DNA from: Squalus acanthias | Lineage: Eukaryota | NCBI GenBank assembly: GCA_030390025.1 | Contig: CM059441.1 | Location: forward strand, 66,774,001-66,838,000 | Direction of reading: 5' to 3' | Length of the DNA: 64,000 nucleotides | Made by a program: the position numbers and the translations under genes | In this document: in pieces, positions 51,101 through 59,575 of the stretch | Layout: each line of letters opens with the position of its first letter | Numbering within the stretch: the first letter of the stretch is position 1 | The notes under the pieces: generated by a model | Seen by the model: the letters and a program-made list of their open reading frames with translations, nothing else | Told to the model about the DNA's origin: nothing | The model's database searches: none

Positions 51101-54100
51101 GATGACAAGCAGTTGCTTTGCATTATTGAAATTAGTTTCGAAGTTGATTCGGAAATCCACTCATGCGTTCTGGATACATATTTTAATACCTTGAATAACT
51201 GTCTGAAAATGAGTGAATGAACTAGTGAGCTGGTGACATGAATTTCACACCATTCCAGTTGATCAATCACTTCACCTCCCATTATTATACCGCAAGAAAT
51301 AACTATTGCAAAAAAAAAGGAACAATATTGTTTGTATTTGTTTCTCAGCATATCAGTGCCCAGTGACGTTGCTTCCTTTCAATTAACCAATTGGTTTTCT
51401 AGTTAGGTAGATTTTTTAAATTATGTACTTAAATACCGGCAACTATTACATAGTTACTAGCTGTGTTATTCCCCTGTGACATTCTGTGATATTAAACTCG
51501 GAGGCATTGTAATAAGTATCATGTGGTACAGTTGCAGGAGCCTGTTGCAAACTGCTTTCACTCCAAGGAATGTTTTTTTTTTTCCCCCCCTCCGCTTTTG
51601 ATTGTTACCGAATTACTTATGCTGTGCCTGTGTACACAGAATGATGGCGGTAAGGATGTATTTCGGGGCATGACTGCAGCTTCCGGGTTCAGATATCCTC
51701 AACAATACAAGCTTGGCTTATCAGTTTGACTTCCTCTGGCCTCTGAATGGATTGCTGCCTCAGAACTACTTGTAAAATAATGCCCACTTGTTTTACCTTT
51801 AGGATCTGAACTAACCTTCAATTATAATTTGGATTGTTTGGGCAATGGAAAGACGGTGTGTAAGTGTGGAGCTCCCAACTGCAGTGGGTATCTGGGTGTG
51901 CGCCCAAAGGTGAGTGTCACGAGGTCTGGTCCAGGCTTCTCTTTTGTAAAATGTGGGATTTATTTCCGTAACGAAGCCTTGGGACCAGCTAGAGAAGGAA
52001 AGGGCAGACAATGGGAAATGTAGTATGTTCGAGCAGGACGCTTTCAAATCCAATCCCGACTGATGAGGAAGAAAGAACTCTCCTATCACATCCAGAGGAC
52101 ATCCCAAAGGGCTTCATGGCCTGTGCAGTCCTGTTGTCTGTTGGTAAACATGGCAGCCAATTTGCACACAGCAAATCGGTAGCAAGGAAATATGCCATCC
52201 CGCAACATCAGAGTTCAAGCTCTGTGACCAACTGATATATTGGGATGGGGGGCAAGCCTACCTCGCTAGAAAGAGAGGGGAAAAGTTTAGTTCAGACAAA
52301 CCAGCAACTGCGACGCGTTCATGGAACAGGAGTGAAAGTGGAAAAGCGGGCGTGTTATTTGTATAAATTGGTGATGCATGGCAAGACTTTTCATGAAATG
52401 AAATGCCGATTTTTGCCTCTTGCATTTACCAGACTGCTGCTGCGACAGCAAATGAAGAAAAGGCGAAAAATGCGAAGAAGAAGATGAAGAAACGTAAAGC
52501 CAAAATAGACGTCCGAAAAATGCATGAGGACTATTGCTACCGTTGCTGTGACGGAGGCGAGCTGGTGATGTGTGACAAGAAGGATTGCCCCAAAGCATAT
52601 CACCTCTCATGCCTTAACTTGACCAAACCACCATTTGGTAAGCACAGAGTACATAGACTGCATGCATCTCCGAAATAGATTCTACGCGCTTGTCTCTTTG
52701 TAATGTTTTAAAACAAATAATAATTAGAATGACTCTGAGGCACTCTTAACAGTGTAGCTTTAGCTGCAATCCTCCTCTTTGGGGTTAGTGTATGTTAAAA
52801 TGTTATGTATTTTAAAGGCTTTAGTTAAAGACAAGTTGCTGTGATTGTTGGTGGTTGTTGCGCCCCTGGCCCACCCAGCCTGACATCCAACTGTGTTTTA
52901 AATGCCCCGAAAGTCTGCAGCTCTACTACCCCACCTGGTGGATTATTCCAGACATTTCTCACCCTTTGTGTGAGGAAGTTCCCACCGCCATCTGTTGTAA
53001 ATTAATTCTTCTGTAGTTCACATCAATGTTCCCTCTTTTTTTTTTAAAGTGCGCAGTCCCTTTAACTGGGTGCGCGGCCCATTCAAATTTTCACGCATGC
53101 GCGGTTTCTTCCCTGTAGAAGCCGGTGAGCGGCTTGCGCGGGACCTCCAGACCGCTGCTTGGCCATGCAGCTTCGCGGGAACGTTGGTTCGCACATATAT
53201 TTATTCCGTGATTGCAGAAAAAGGCAGCTGACTGCAAATTTTCCATTGTTTTCCTACCATTTTTACTTGTTGCAGTAATGGAACCGCTGTCAACCCCTGT
53301 ACTTTCATGAGAATCATTTATTCAGACAAGCGTGTCCCGAAAAGCCACCTAAAAATCCGATCACAGAACGTACATTCAGCGGTTTTTGTATCGCTCCGGT
53401 CTGTGTGATTAGTAAGTGGATCTGTACAGAGGCTGGGTCGTGAAAATCGCAGCGAAGCACTTTCATCACGATTATCGCGGCCAACATTCCCGTTGAGCTG
53501 TGCTGCCGCACAGCGGTCTGGAGGCCCCACGCAGGCGGCTCACCGGCCTTTTAAATGGAAAAACACGCGCATGCGCGGAAATTTGAAAGAGGCCGCGCAC
53601 CCAAAAAAAAATTAGAGGCAACATTGATCACGACCCAGTCTTTGTTCACCCGCTTGTTACTGTTATGATGCCTGCGGTTTATGAAGGCACCGGTGAATAG
53701 ATTTTGTAGGCTGTTGCTTGAATCTCATGACTTCTCAATATTAACAGGACAAACTTGAGGGGGGCGGGGGGGGTGGCACTAAAGTGCTTTCTCAGAAGAG
53801 AGCAATGGGGAAGTGGAGGAGCAGTCAACACTCACTGCTTTATACATCTCCCTGTGGCCAGTGGAGTGGCCTCGGCAAAGAGCAAAGCACAGATAGGTTG
53901 TCTCTTTGGTCGGCGGGTGGGGTGGGTGTGAATCTAAACATACAGCTGGAGCCAGCTGATCTCGGCTGAAGGAGGTTGTATGGCGCGTGACAACATTAGG
54001 AAGAGAGGGCACACAAACCTCTTTAAACGTATTTTTTTACACTCCCAGCGTTTTCACTTGGCTTATTAATACACTGTAGGGGGAAAAAAAATCACACTTC

Positions 54101-56161
54101 AATGTTGTGCTAGAATGCTTAATTCAAAATCTCAAAATTCTCTCTCTACTTTCAACACAAGTGACAAACCTGTAACCACCAGTACTTCACCCATGTGGCA
54201 TTGAACTGAACAGCTCTCCAGACACATGAGCCAGGTTTTGGAAGGGGGGGAAAAAAGAAACCCTAATTGTACTGTTGGGTGTTTTTTTTTTAACCTCATA
54301 CAGAAATATCACACTAGCTGAATCATTGGCAATGGTACTGCATCCCATTTCCCGAGTCTGCCTGTGCTCCACGCCATCTTCTGCTGAGATGGCAGCTGTT
54401 CTCTGGAGCATGTGTGGAGGATCTCGGGGATGAGCCCAGTGCGCTGGGATGGCTGTGTGGAGGATCTCGGGGATGAGCCCAGTGCGCTGGGATGGCTGTG
54501 TTGGAGGATCTCGGGGATGAGCCCAGTGCGCTGGGATGGCTGTGTGGAGGATCTCGGGGATGAGCCCAGTGCGCTGGGATGGCTGTGTTGGAGGATCTCG
54601 GGGATGAGCCCAGTGCGCTGGGATGGCTGTGTTGGAGGATCTCGGGGATGAGCCCAGTGCGCTGGGATGGCTGTGTTGGAGGATCTCGGGGATGAGCCCA
54701 GTGCGCTGGGATGGCTGTGTTGGAGGATCTCGGGGATGAGCCCAGTGCGCTGGGATGGCTGTGTTGGAGGATCTCGGGGATGAGCCCAGTGCGCTGGGAT
54801 GGCTGTGTTGGAGGATCTCGAGGATGAGCCCAGTGCGCTGGGATGGCTGTGTTGGAGGATCTCGGATGAGCCCAGTGCGCTGGGCTGGCTGTGTGGAGGA
54901 TCTCGGGGATGAGCCCAGTGCGCTGGGCTGGCTGTGTGGAGGATCACGGGGATGAGCCCAGTGCGCTGGGATGGCTGTGTTGGAGGATCTCGGGGATGAG
55001 CCCAGTGCGCTGGGATGGCTGTGTTGGAGGATCTCGGGGATGAGCCCAGTGCGCTGGGCTGGCTGTGTTGGAGGATCTCTGATGAGCCCAGTGCGCTGGG
55101 CTGGCTGTGTGGAGGATCTCGGGGATGAGCCCAGTGCGCTGGGCTGGCTGTGTGGAGGATCACGGGGATGAGCCCAGTGCGCTGGGATGGCTGTGTTGGA
55201 GGATCTCGGATGAGCCCAGTGCGCTGGGATGGCTGTGTTGGAGGATCTCGGGGATGAGCCCAGTGCGCTGGGATGGCTGTGTGGAGGATCACGGGGATGA
55301 GCCCAGTGCGCTGGGATGGCTGTGTTGGAGGATCTCGGGGATGAGCCCAGTGCGCTGGGATGGCTGTGTTGGAGGATCTCGGATGAGCCCAGTGTGCTGG
55401 GCTGGCTGTGTGGAGGATCTCGGGGATGAGCCCAGTGCGCTGGGCTGGCTGTGTGGAGGATCACGGGGATGAGCCTAGTGCGCTGGGATGGCTGTGTTGG
55501 AGGATCTCGGGGATGAGCCCAGTGCGCTGGGATGGCTGTGTTGGAGGATCTCGGGGATGAGCCCAGTGCGCTGGGATGGCTGTGTTGGAGGATCTCGGGG
55601 ATGAGCCCAGTGCGCTGGGATGGCTGTGTTGGAGGATCTCTGGGATGAGCCCAGTGCGCTGGGATGGCTGTGTTGGAGGATCTCGGGGATGAGCCCAGTG
55701 CGCTGGGATGGCTGTGTTGGAGGATCTCTGGGATGAGCCCAGTGCGCTGGGATGGCTGTGTTGGAGGATCACGGGGATGAGACATTTGTTGGAAGCATTT
55801 AGTGACCTAATAAGGTGGGGAAAGGTAGCAATGAACTTTATTTAAATAAGTGATTTTGTTTCTTTTAATTCCCCCCACCCACCCCCCATCTGTATTTTCC
55901 CTTCGATCCACAGGGAAATGGGAATGCCCTTGGCACCACTGCGACGAGTGTGGCAAAGCCTCCACCTCCTTCTGCGACTTCTGCCCGAACTCCTACTGCA
56001 AGGAGCACCAGAAGGGCGCATTGACCGCTTCAGCACTGGATGGCCGCCTCTGCTGCTCCGAGCACGACCCGAACTGCCCAGCGGAATTCGACGACTCCTC
56101 CTCAGTCAGTCTCCAGAACAACTCGGCGGCCGAGGACACCGGCGAGGAAACCAACGAGTGA
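15672..56161 (+). CDS. NSD3: NSD3/WHSC1L1 histone H3K36 methyltransferase, 5'-partial spliced gene (21 coding exons in window, 3654 nt, 1217 aa)
   Basis: Exons join with consistent phases and give the order PWWP-PHDx4-PWWP-AWS-SET-postSET-PHD-C5HCH. NSD3-specific motifs are present: [59 protein letters not shown]. Confidence 0.97.
16930..17130 (+). mobile_element. CR1 3' end
   Basis: gtggaggcagattcg...ttcaaaagggaattggat...gatgggccaaatgg...gattctatg tail. Confidence 0.8.
19319..19473 (+). CDS. NSD3: NSD3 exon (~5), C-half of PWWP1
   Basis: gtgcag|GT...AAG|gtatcc; [52 protein letters not shown]. Confidence 0.95.
19551..19868 (-). mobile_element. CR1 3' end, relatively young
   Basis: aagaacataagaaataggagcagg...; reverse complement closely matches the 3' part of the 28085-28652 copy. 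Confidence 0.88.
20620..21032 (+). mobile_element. DeuSINE-like SINE, sense orientation
   Basis: Head ccttggctcagtggtagc...gggttca; reverse-complement match to 9440-9835; ends gaaaggtgctgtagaaatgcaagt. Confidence 0.75.
21149..21676 (+). CDS. NSD3: NSD3 exon (~6), PWWP1 helical tail and linker
   Basis: ttgtag|ATT...AGG|gtaatt; [17 protein letters not shown]...[11 protein letters not shown]...[11 protein letters not shown]...KEISR; overlaps ORF 21206..21691. Confidence 0.9.
23842..24432. mobile_element. Non-autonomous TIR element (PIF/Harbinger-like MITE)
   Basis: TIR ggcccgtaatttccgat / atcggaaaatacgggcc (16 of 17); AT-rich centre, several internal hairpins, CpG-rich arms; TSD not clear. Confidence 0.7.
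24542..24680 (+). CDS. NSD3: NSD3 exon (~7), linker
   Basis: ttcctag|AAG|GGA tandem acceptor; CAG|gtaaac donor; [36 protein letters not shown]...; phase 0 to 1 fits both neighbours. Confidence 0.8.
25450..25541 (+). CDS. NSD3: NSD3 exon (~8), basic linker
   Basis: ccttcag|AA...CAG|gtacgt; [31 protein letters not shown]. Confidence 0.92.
25609..26533 (-). mobile_element. CR1 LINE 3' fragment (~0.9 kb, degenerate)
   Basis: [24 protein letters not shown] remnant on the minus strand plus CR1 3' UTR and tail. Confidence 0.82.
26734..26965. other. Assembly gap (232 N)
   Basis: Run of N; lies in an intron whose flanking exons join in phase. Confidence 0.99.
27089..27119. repeat. (TC)n microsatellite
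   Basis: About 15 perfect TC units. Confidence 0.95.
27911..28007 (+). CDS. NSD3: NSD3 exon (~9), apparently 3'-extended
   Basis: tcacag|GTG...CCCG|gtaaga; [32 protein letters not shown]; phase 0 to 1. Confidence 0.8.
28085..28652 (+). mobile_element. CR1 LINE 3' fragment
   Basis: [29 protein letters not shown]...[24 protein letters not shown]; tail ttatgttcttatg. Confidence 0.9.
28765..28892 (+). CDS. NSD3: NSD3 exon (~10)
   Basis: tctcag|GT...GAG|gtaaga; [43 protein letters not shown]. Confidence 0.94.
29271..29665 (+). mobile_element. Penelope-like 3' fragment with mutated hammerhead motif
   Basis: 12-bp TSD attatttgtagc (29259-29270, 29666-29677); contains cTAACGA-agggtcatcgacct-GAAACGTT at 29534-29562. 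Confidence 0.78.
30782..31517. mobile_element. Non-autonomous TIR element (Harbinger-like)
   Basis: Ends (tt)ggcccaaaatttgctgt / acaggtatttttgggcc(aa); CpG-rich arms, T-rich centre; same GGCCC termini as 23842-24432. Confidence 0.6.
32708..32813. mobile_element. hAT-type MITE
   Basis: Perfect TIR caatgttccc/gggaacattg and perfect 8-bp TSD gtcctcat (32700-32707, 32814-32821). Confidence 0.88.
32987..33115 (+). CDS. NSD3: NSD3 exon (~11), leading into PHD1
   Basis: ttgtag|GTT...CAG|gtgaga; [10 protein letters not shown]...[21 protein letters not shown]. Confidence 0.94.
33679..33805 (+). CDS. NSD3: NSD3 exon (~12), PHD1
   Basis: tctcag|ATC...ACAG|gtaatg; [42 protein letters not shown]. Confidence 0.96.
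34297..34497 (+). CDS. NSD3: NSD3 exon (~13), PHD2 and start of PHD3
   Basis: ctacag|GA...AAAG|gtgaga; HTCFSCK...CGRFYHESC...[11 protein letters not shown]. Confidence 0.96.
35745..37052 (+). mobile_element. CR1 LINE, 5'-truncated, RT domain with frameshifts
   Basis: [51 protein letters not shown]; tail ttctatgatt. Confidence 0.95.
37161..37340 (+). CDS. NSD3: NSD3 exon (~14), PHD3 and start of PHD4
   Basis: aaccag|GT...AGAG|gtaagg; [22 protein letters not shown]...[11 protein letters not shown]; 180 nt, phase 1 to 1. Confidence 0.96.
37553..37705 (+). CDS. NSD3: NSD3 exon (~15), NSD3-specific insert within PHD4
   Basis: atgtag|GG...AAAG|gtaata; [50 protein letters not shown]; 153 nt, phase 1 to 1. 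Confidence 0.9.
38496..38692. repeat. 58-bp tandem repeat, about 3.4 copies
   Basis: tcactcactccagctctgggtcctgctctctgacacagtctaggtcctgatgtatgtc starting at 38496, 38554, 38612 and 38670. Confidence 0.92.
39172..39475 (+). mobile_element. tRNA-headed SINE, same family as 3765-4090
   Basis: gagttagctg, cctggattcttgatcctgatc, ccagtgacccttgctggaa, gcctgccgacact. Confidence 0.55.
39829..40356 (-). mobile_element. CR1 LINE 3' fragment, same subfamily as 35745-37052
   Basis: [47 protein letters not shown], almost identical to the + strand copy. Confidence 0.93.
40773..40860. repeat. 30-bp tandem repeat, about 3 copies
   Basis: agggagtgtcaggtgggatgtgtagcaggc. Confidence 0.92.
42221..42377 (+). CDS. 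NSD3: NSD3 exon (~16), PHD4 and start of PWWP2; GC donor
   Basis: tgtcaag|GT...TACAG|gcaagt; [17 protein letters not shown]...WYCNDC...[10 protein letters not shown]. Confidence 0.94.
42595..42769 (+). mobile_element. Non-LTR retroelement 3' end with A tail
   Basis: aaatcctggaactccctccctaacagcactgtggg...ttcaagaaggcggctc (WNSLP...FKK remnant), aataaa, terminal A run. Confidence 0.7.
43644..44315 (-). mobile_element. Penelope-like element 3' portion (GIY-YIG endonuclease C-terminus plus terminal repeat)
   Basis: [17 protein letters not shown]...VREHF...HSASDL...EQKLIAKF...GLN; 10-bp TSD tgatctgaca (43634-43643, 44316-44325). Confidence 0.92.
43695..43734 (-). ncRNA. Minimal type I hammerhead ribozyme motif
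   Basis: Minus strand: uucac-CUGAGGA-agggguguaagcucc-GAAA-gc-UU-gugau; stem I ucac/guga, stem II gggg/cucc, palindromic AAGCUU. Confidence 0.72.
44668..44762 (-). mobile_element. 95-bp Penelope-like terminal fragment
   Basis: 11-bp TSD aataaaatgca (44657-44667, 44763-44773); truncated within the hammerhead core (TGACGA...GAAAtgTT). Confidence 0.78.
45225..45975. mobile_element. Cluster: CR1 tail (+, to ~45372), L2 3' end (-, ~45420-45715), L2 internal fragment (+)
   Basis: 45420-45715 is a reverse-complement match to about 1090-1378; later segment aactaccacccttatccaatctcc is an NYRPISNL-like remnant. Confidence 0.7.
46746..46954 (+). CDS. NSD3: NSD3 exon (~17), PWWP2
   Basis: tttcag|G TGG TGG CCA...AAAG|gtaaaa; WWPAEICNP...[18 protein letters not shown]. 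Confidence 0.96.
47489..47601 (+). CDS. NSD3: NSD3 exon (~18)
   Basis: tcctag|CA...AAA|gtaagt; [38 protein letters not shown]. Confidence 0.96.
48270..48460 (-). mobile_element. tRNA-headed SINE fragment
   Basis: cagtgatcaggagcaagaaccctggctaattttt...agctaagtcggcactgaccgg. Confidence 0.5.
48696..48965 (+). CDS. NSD3: NSD3 exon (~19), AWS and start of SET
   Basis: caacag|ACA...AAG|gtgact; [10 protein letters not shown]...CLNR..YECHP.VCPAG..CQNQCF...RGWGL. Confidence 0.97.
49199..49315 (+). CDS. NSD3: NSD3 exon (~20), SET
   Basis: acgcag|GGT...AAG|gtaagg; [39 protein letters not shown]. Confidence 0.97.
49570..49960 (-). mobile_element. DeuSINE-like (SacSINE1-type) SINE
   Basis: High similarity to 9440-9835; L2-like tail atttatatagcgcctttca. 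Confidence 0.82.
50913..51054 (+). CDS. NSD3: NSD3 exon (~21), SET catalytic core
   Basis: ttccag|GAT...GCAG|gtgaga; [47 protein letters not shown]. Confidence 0.97.
51803..51909 (+). CDS. NSD3: NSD3 exon (~22), SET end and post-SET
   Basis: ctttag|GA...AAG|gtgagt; [35 protein letters not shown]. Confidence 0.97.
52433..52637 (+). CDS. NSD3: NSD3 exon (~23), basic post-SET extension and PHD5
   Basis: taccag|ACT...TTTG|gtaagc; [16 protein letters not shown]...[31 protein letters not shown]. Confidence 0.96.
53024..53186. mobile_element. hAT-type MITE (family of 32708-32813)
   Basis: TIR caatgttccc/gggaacgttg; degenerate TSD gttcacat/gttcgcac. Confidence 0.78.
53482..53626. mobile_element. 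hAT-type MITE, inverted relative to 53024-53186
   Basis: TIR caacattccc/ggcaacattg; TSD atcgcggc/atcacgac (6 of 8). Confidence 0.78.
54411..55780. repeat. GC-rich minisatellite, 41-44 bp unit, about 31.5 copies
   Basis: Unit tggaggatctcggggatgagcccagtgcgctgggatggctgtgt; 32 unit starts counted between 54416 and 55763. Confidence 0.98.
55914..56161 (+). CDS. NSD3: NSD3 last coding exon (~24), C5HCH, to TGA
   Basis: ccacag|GG AAA TGG; [12 protein letters not shown]...[13 protein letters not shown]...LCCSEHDP...GEETNE*. Confidence 0.96.
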
Positions 56162-57256
56162 ATGCTTCCAAACGGGGACGTCATGGACTGCAATACTTAT
56201 CAGGGCGACCTTTAGTGTTCTGCTAGAAAGGGCTCTGGGGATTGTAAATCATGCAGAGTGGAAAACACGGAGATTTCGAGGGGAGTAAGTAAAGATGACC
56301 AAAAGATTGTTTTGATTTTTTTTTTTATTTGGACACCTTAAAGTGACAAACCCAGTAAATGCCCTGTAAGAGTTATTGTCACAACAGGAAATAGTGCTCA
56401 TTTTTGTCTTTTTCTAAATTGTTAGTGTATTGTGGTATTTGTGTCCGATTATTGATGTCGGAAGGGAAACTCGCCCGTGTCCACTAAAACCAAAATCTAA
56501 GGATAATGCTATGTACCTTGTTTCAATAATGTTTAAATTAAAACTAATCATGGTTGGGGGGTGGGGGGTGCGGAGGGAAGAAGACAATGTGGGAATTCCA
56601 TGTGGTTCACTGGGTGGTCAAGTTGGGAAATGTGACACCCACTCCCTCCCCCCAGTCTAAGATGGAAAGTGGATTGTGTACAGCACTTTGTTAATCGGGA
56701 AGCCTCTTGCAGTGGACCAGGATCTGCTAATAATAGGATCGGGAAATTAAAAACCTATGTTAGAAGCGATCATAAACTGCCAGATGAACAGATCATGAGC
56801 CTCCTAACATTTGACAAGGCAAAGAAGAGAATATGAAGGGGTTTAAATCCCACAACGGTATGCAGGTATGAAGTCTAACAGTAGCTGGTAGTGTAGTGTT
56901 TTATTTGAGGTTCGGATAATGCAAACGGCCCCAGCTTTGTCCTCTTGTGGCTTCGGATGTCACCCGAGCTTCGAGGGTGGAACACACCTCCAGATTTTAC
57001 TTCTAATTATTAGTAATATTTACAGTCGTATTTTCTCCACACGTATACGTGAGCATTCTAATTCGAGTTTTGCCTTTTGGAGTTCATATTTTCTGTTATC
57101 AGCACTACCATTATGGCTACAGTTTGACGACGTGATTTTATTATTTTTATACATTTGTATGTAAAAAGCAAAATTATGATAGAAAAAAATCATGTTTTTT
57201 TTAAAAACTGAAACTTAAAGTGTCATCTTTGCTCTTAACAGAGTGTTTTGTGGACA

Positions 57257-57262
57257 AATAAA
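57257..57262 (+). promoter_or_regulatory. Candidate proximal polyadenylation signal AATAAA
   Basis: Canonical AATAAA about 1.1 kb after the stop codon, preceded by U-rich sequence; more AATAAA at 57659 and near 57734; usage unknown. Confidence 0.45.
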
Positions 57263-57288
57263 ATGCTCTTACTGAGTGCAAGTATTCC

Positions 57289-57640
57289 TAGAATCATAGA
57301 ATCATACAGCGCAGAGGGAGGCCATTCGGCCCATCATGCCTGTGCTGGCTCTGAAAGAGCTATCCAATTTTTTTTCTCCTTCATTGCTATTGAATCTGCT
57401 TCCACCGCCCTTTCAGGCAGTGCATTCCAGATCATCATAACTCGCGGTGTAAAAACAATTCTCCTCCTCTCCCCTCTGGTTCTTTTGCCAATTATTTTAA
57501 ATCTGTGTTCTCTGGTTACCGACCCTCCTGCCAGTGGAAACAGTTTCTCTCTCTTTTTACCCTATCGAAACCCCTCATAATTTTGAACACCTCTATTAAA
57601 TCTCCCCTTTAACCTTCTCTATGAATCTATGATTCTATGA
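57289..57640 (-). mobile_element. CR1 3' fragment downstream of the first AATAAA
   Basis: tagaatcatagaatcatacagcgcagagggaggccattcggccc...; oppositely oriented tail ctatgaatctatgattctatga at the far end. Confidence 0.82.
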
Positions 57641-59456
57641 TAAAGTACTCCTGTATATAATAAACATTTAAATATGTCTGTATATTTAAAATAACCTTAT
57701 ACCTTTCACGTTCTGATACTAGAACTGCGGTAGAATAAACTTGTGATTTTTGTTTTTCAGCATTATTCACACATTGTATTTAATGGCAAAAAAAACCTCC
57801 TCATCCATCACAGGTCTACGTGTTGCAAATTCAGGGTATCTGTTCAAAAATATGTCTCTTGGTAAAACTGCCAAGTTTCCTCAGTTGCTTCGACTGGATT
57901 TCATCTTGTGTTTTTCCCCCCCTTTGCTTTTCCCCCTTTCTTCCGCTGGCTCATGACTCATTGCTGAGCTGTGACTATTGGGTACTGCCTACCTTGGGTG
58001 ACTCCCTGCCCTGACCCCTAGCTGTGTCATCCCCTTCTAAAACCAGCAACATCAAAAAGTCAGACAGAGCAACTCCTATGGAGTAACTGCTTATTGACAC
58101 AGATGCGTACAGGATAGCGAACCTACGGGCCAGTTTGGACAATATTTTACCAACGCATGTCTCGGTCCAAGAACGTTTGATTTCCACCTCCTGGCTCTTC
58201 TCTTTGTTTGCGTCTGCATAATGCCCACACTAAGGGCTCGGGGCAGTAAGACATCTGTGTAGACATTAGATAAAAATGCAGCTGACTCGAGATTGATGAG
58301 GAAGGAGGGGGGGTCTTTCTCTGGTTCCAAATGGGTCTGCACTTGCGGGTCTTCCCCCTTCCCAAAACCGCCTGGAACCGCGTCTGTCTCTTGCATCCAT
58401 TCCCAGTCGGCCTCCAATTTATGTACGGCGCTGTCTCCAATTCCAAGATGCAGTGGGACCTACCAACCACGCACAATATGCATCCAGTCTAGTCCGATAG
58501 ATGGCCAATTTCACCCTGTTGAGATTTTGCATTGGTGGTGGTGTCTCTCGGTCTCGGTAGGGTTTTCAATTACCAACAGTGGGAGATTTCCATTCTACAG
58601 ATTCAGTGCACACTTTGCTGGAAGGAAAGTCAGTAGCTGGTCATTGAAATAGTTTTCTCTCCTTCCCCCCACCCCACTGCTTTCCCCCCCCCGCCGAACC
58701 AGTTTTGCCTCTTGTGCTGCATTTTGTCTGTCGGGCTACTTTAGAGTCCTCCTAGATTTATAAATTCTGCGTTTCATCTTCCACTATCTCTGCTTTTCAG
58801 CAAAGATTTTCATGTGAAACTACCTTCATTTTGAATGACCTTTTTTTATGTAGTCTTGTGTGGGCTCTCTCTCTCTCTCTCTCTTGCTTCCACTGAGTCT
58901 GTCGCAGCTCCCTGTGGAAGAACAGCTGAAAGCCTCAGAGGTTTCTTTTTAAATAGAGCCCATGGAAGGAAGGTGTGAAAATGTCTACTTGTCCTCACTG
59001 GGTTGTTGCACTAAGTAGTTTCTATGGGTAGAGATGGGTACCATGCCCTCCCCCTGCTCCCACTTTGCCATGTTTGATAAATCACCCATGCCCCAGACCT
59101 CTCGGCAATTATAGTTACGAGCCCAAATGATCCATCACCCAGCCACATCCACAAGTCCTGCAGTGCATATGTCCTCCCTGCCCCATTCTCCTGCTAGTCA
59201 ATGGAAGTTGAGCTGGCCAAGAACTGGATAACTGTAAGGAGCATGGCACGTTGGTGAATTTGGTGTTATTGGGAGGCCAGCAGGTGAGAGTATCACTCAG
59301 TATGGGCAGATTGACCCCAAGGAGAAACAGCTGCATACGGCCGTAGTCTAGGGTGGCCTGATAGATAGGCAGACCACAGGTAAACCTGGATGGATGCTTT
59401 CAGACGTGTAAAAATTGACCTTTGTGTTACCATAGCCCCAGTGACCACTACACAGC

Positions 59457-59575
59457 AGTCCCGAGGAACGGCTCAAGGCCTGAAAGGTCTACTGACTTTT
59501 TCCGCAGATGCTGCCAAGACTGCTGAGCATTTCCAGCTTCTTAAGTTTTCGTTTCCACCACATAGCAGTTTTGTT
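59457..59575 (+). mobile_element. Old Penelope-like terminal fragment with degenerate hammerhead
   Basis: CCGAGGA...GAAAggTC followed by cagatgctgcc...ctgctgagcatttccagc, as in the 29.5 kb copy. Confidence 0.5.

Noticed and set aside
54411-55780. CRISPR-like look (palindromic repeat of similar length)
   Set aside because: Units are head-to-tail with no unique spacers, there are no cas genes, and the context is a vertebrate intron.
54187-55785. 532-aa and 327-aa minus-strand ORFs
   Set aside because: These are translations of the minisatellite. The unit has no stop codon on that strand and the frame drifts with 41-44 bp units. There is no domain signal.
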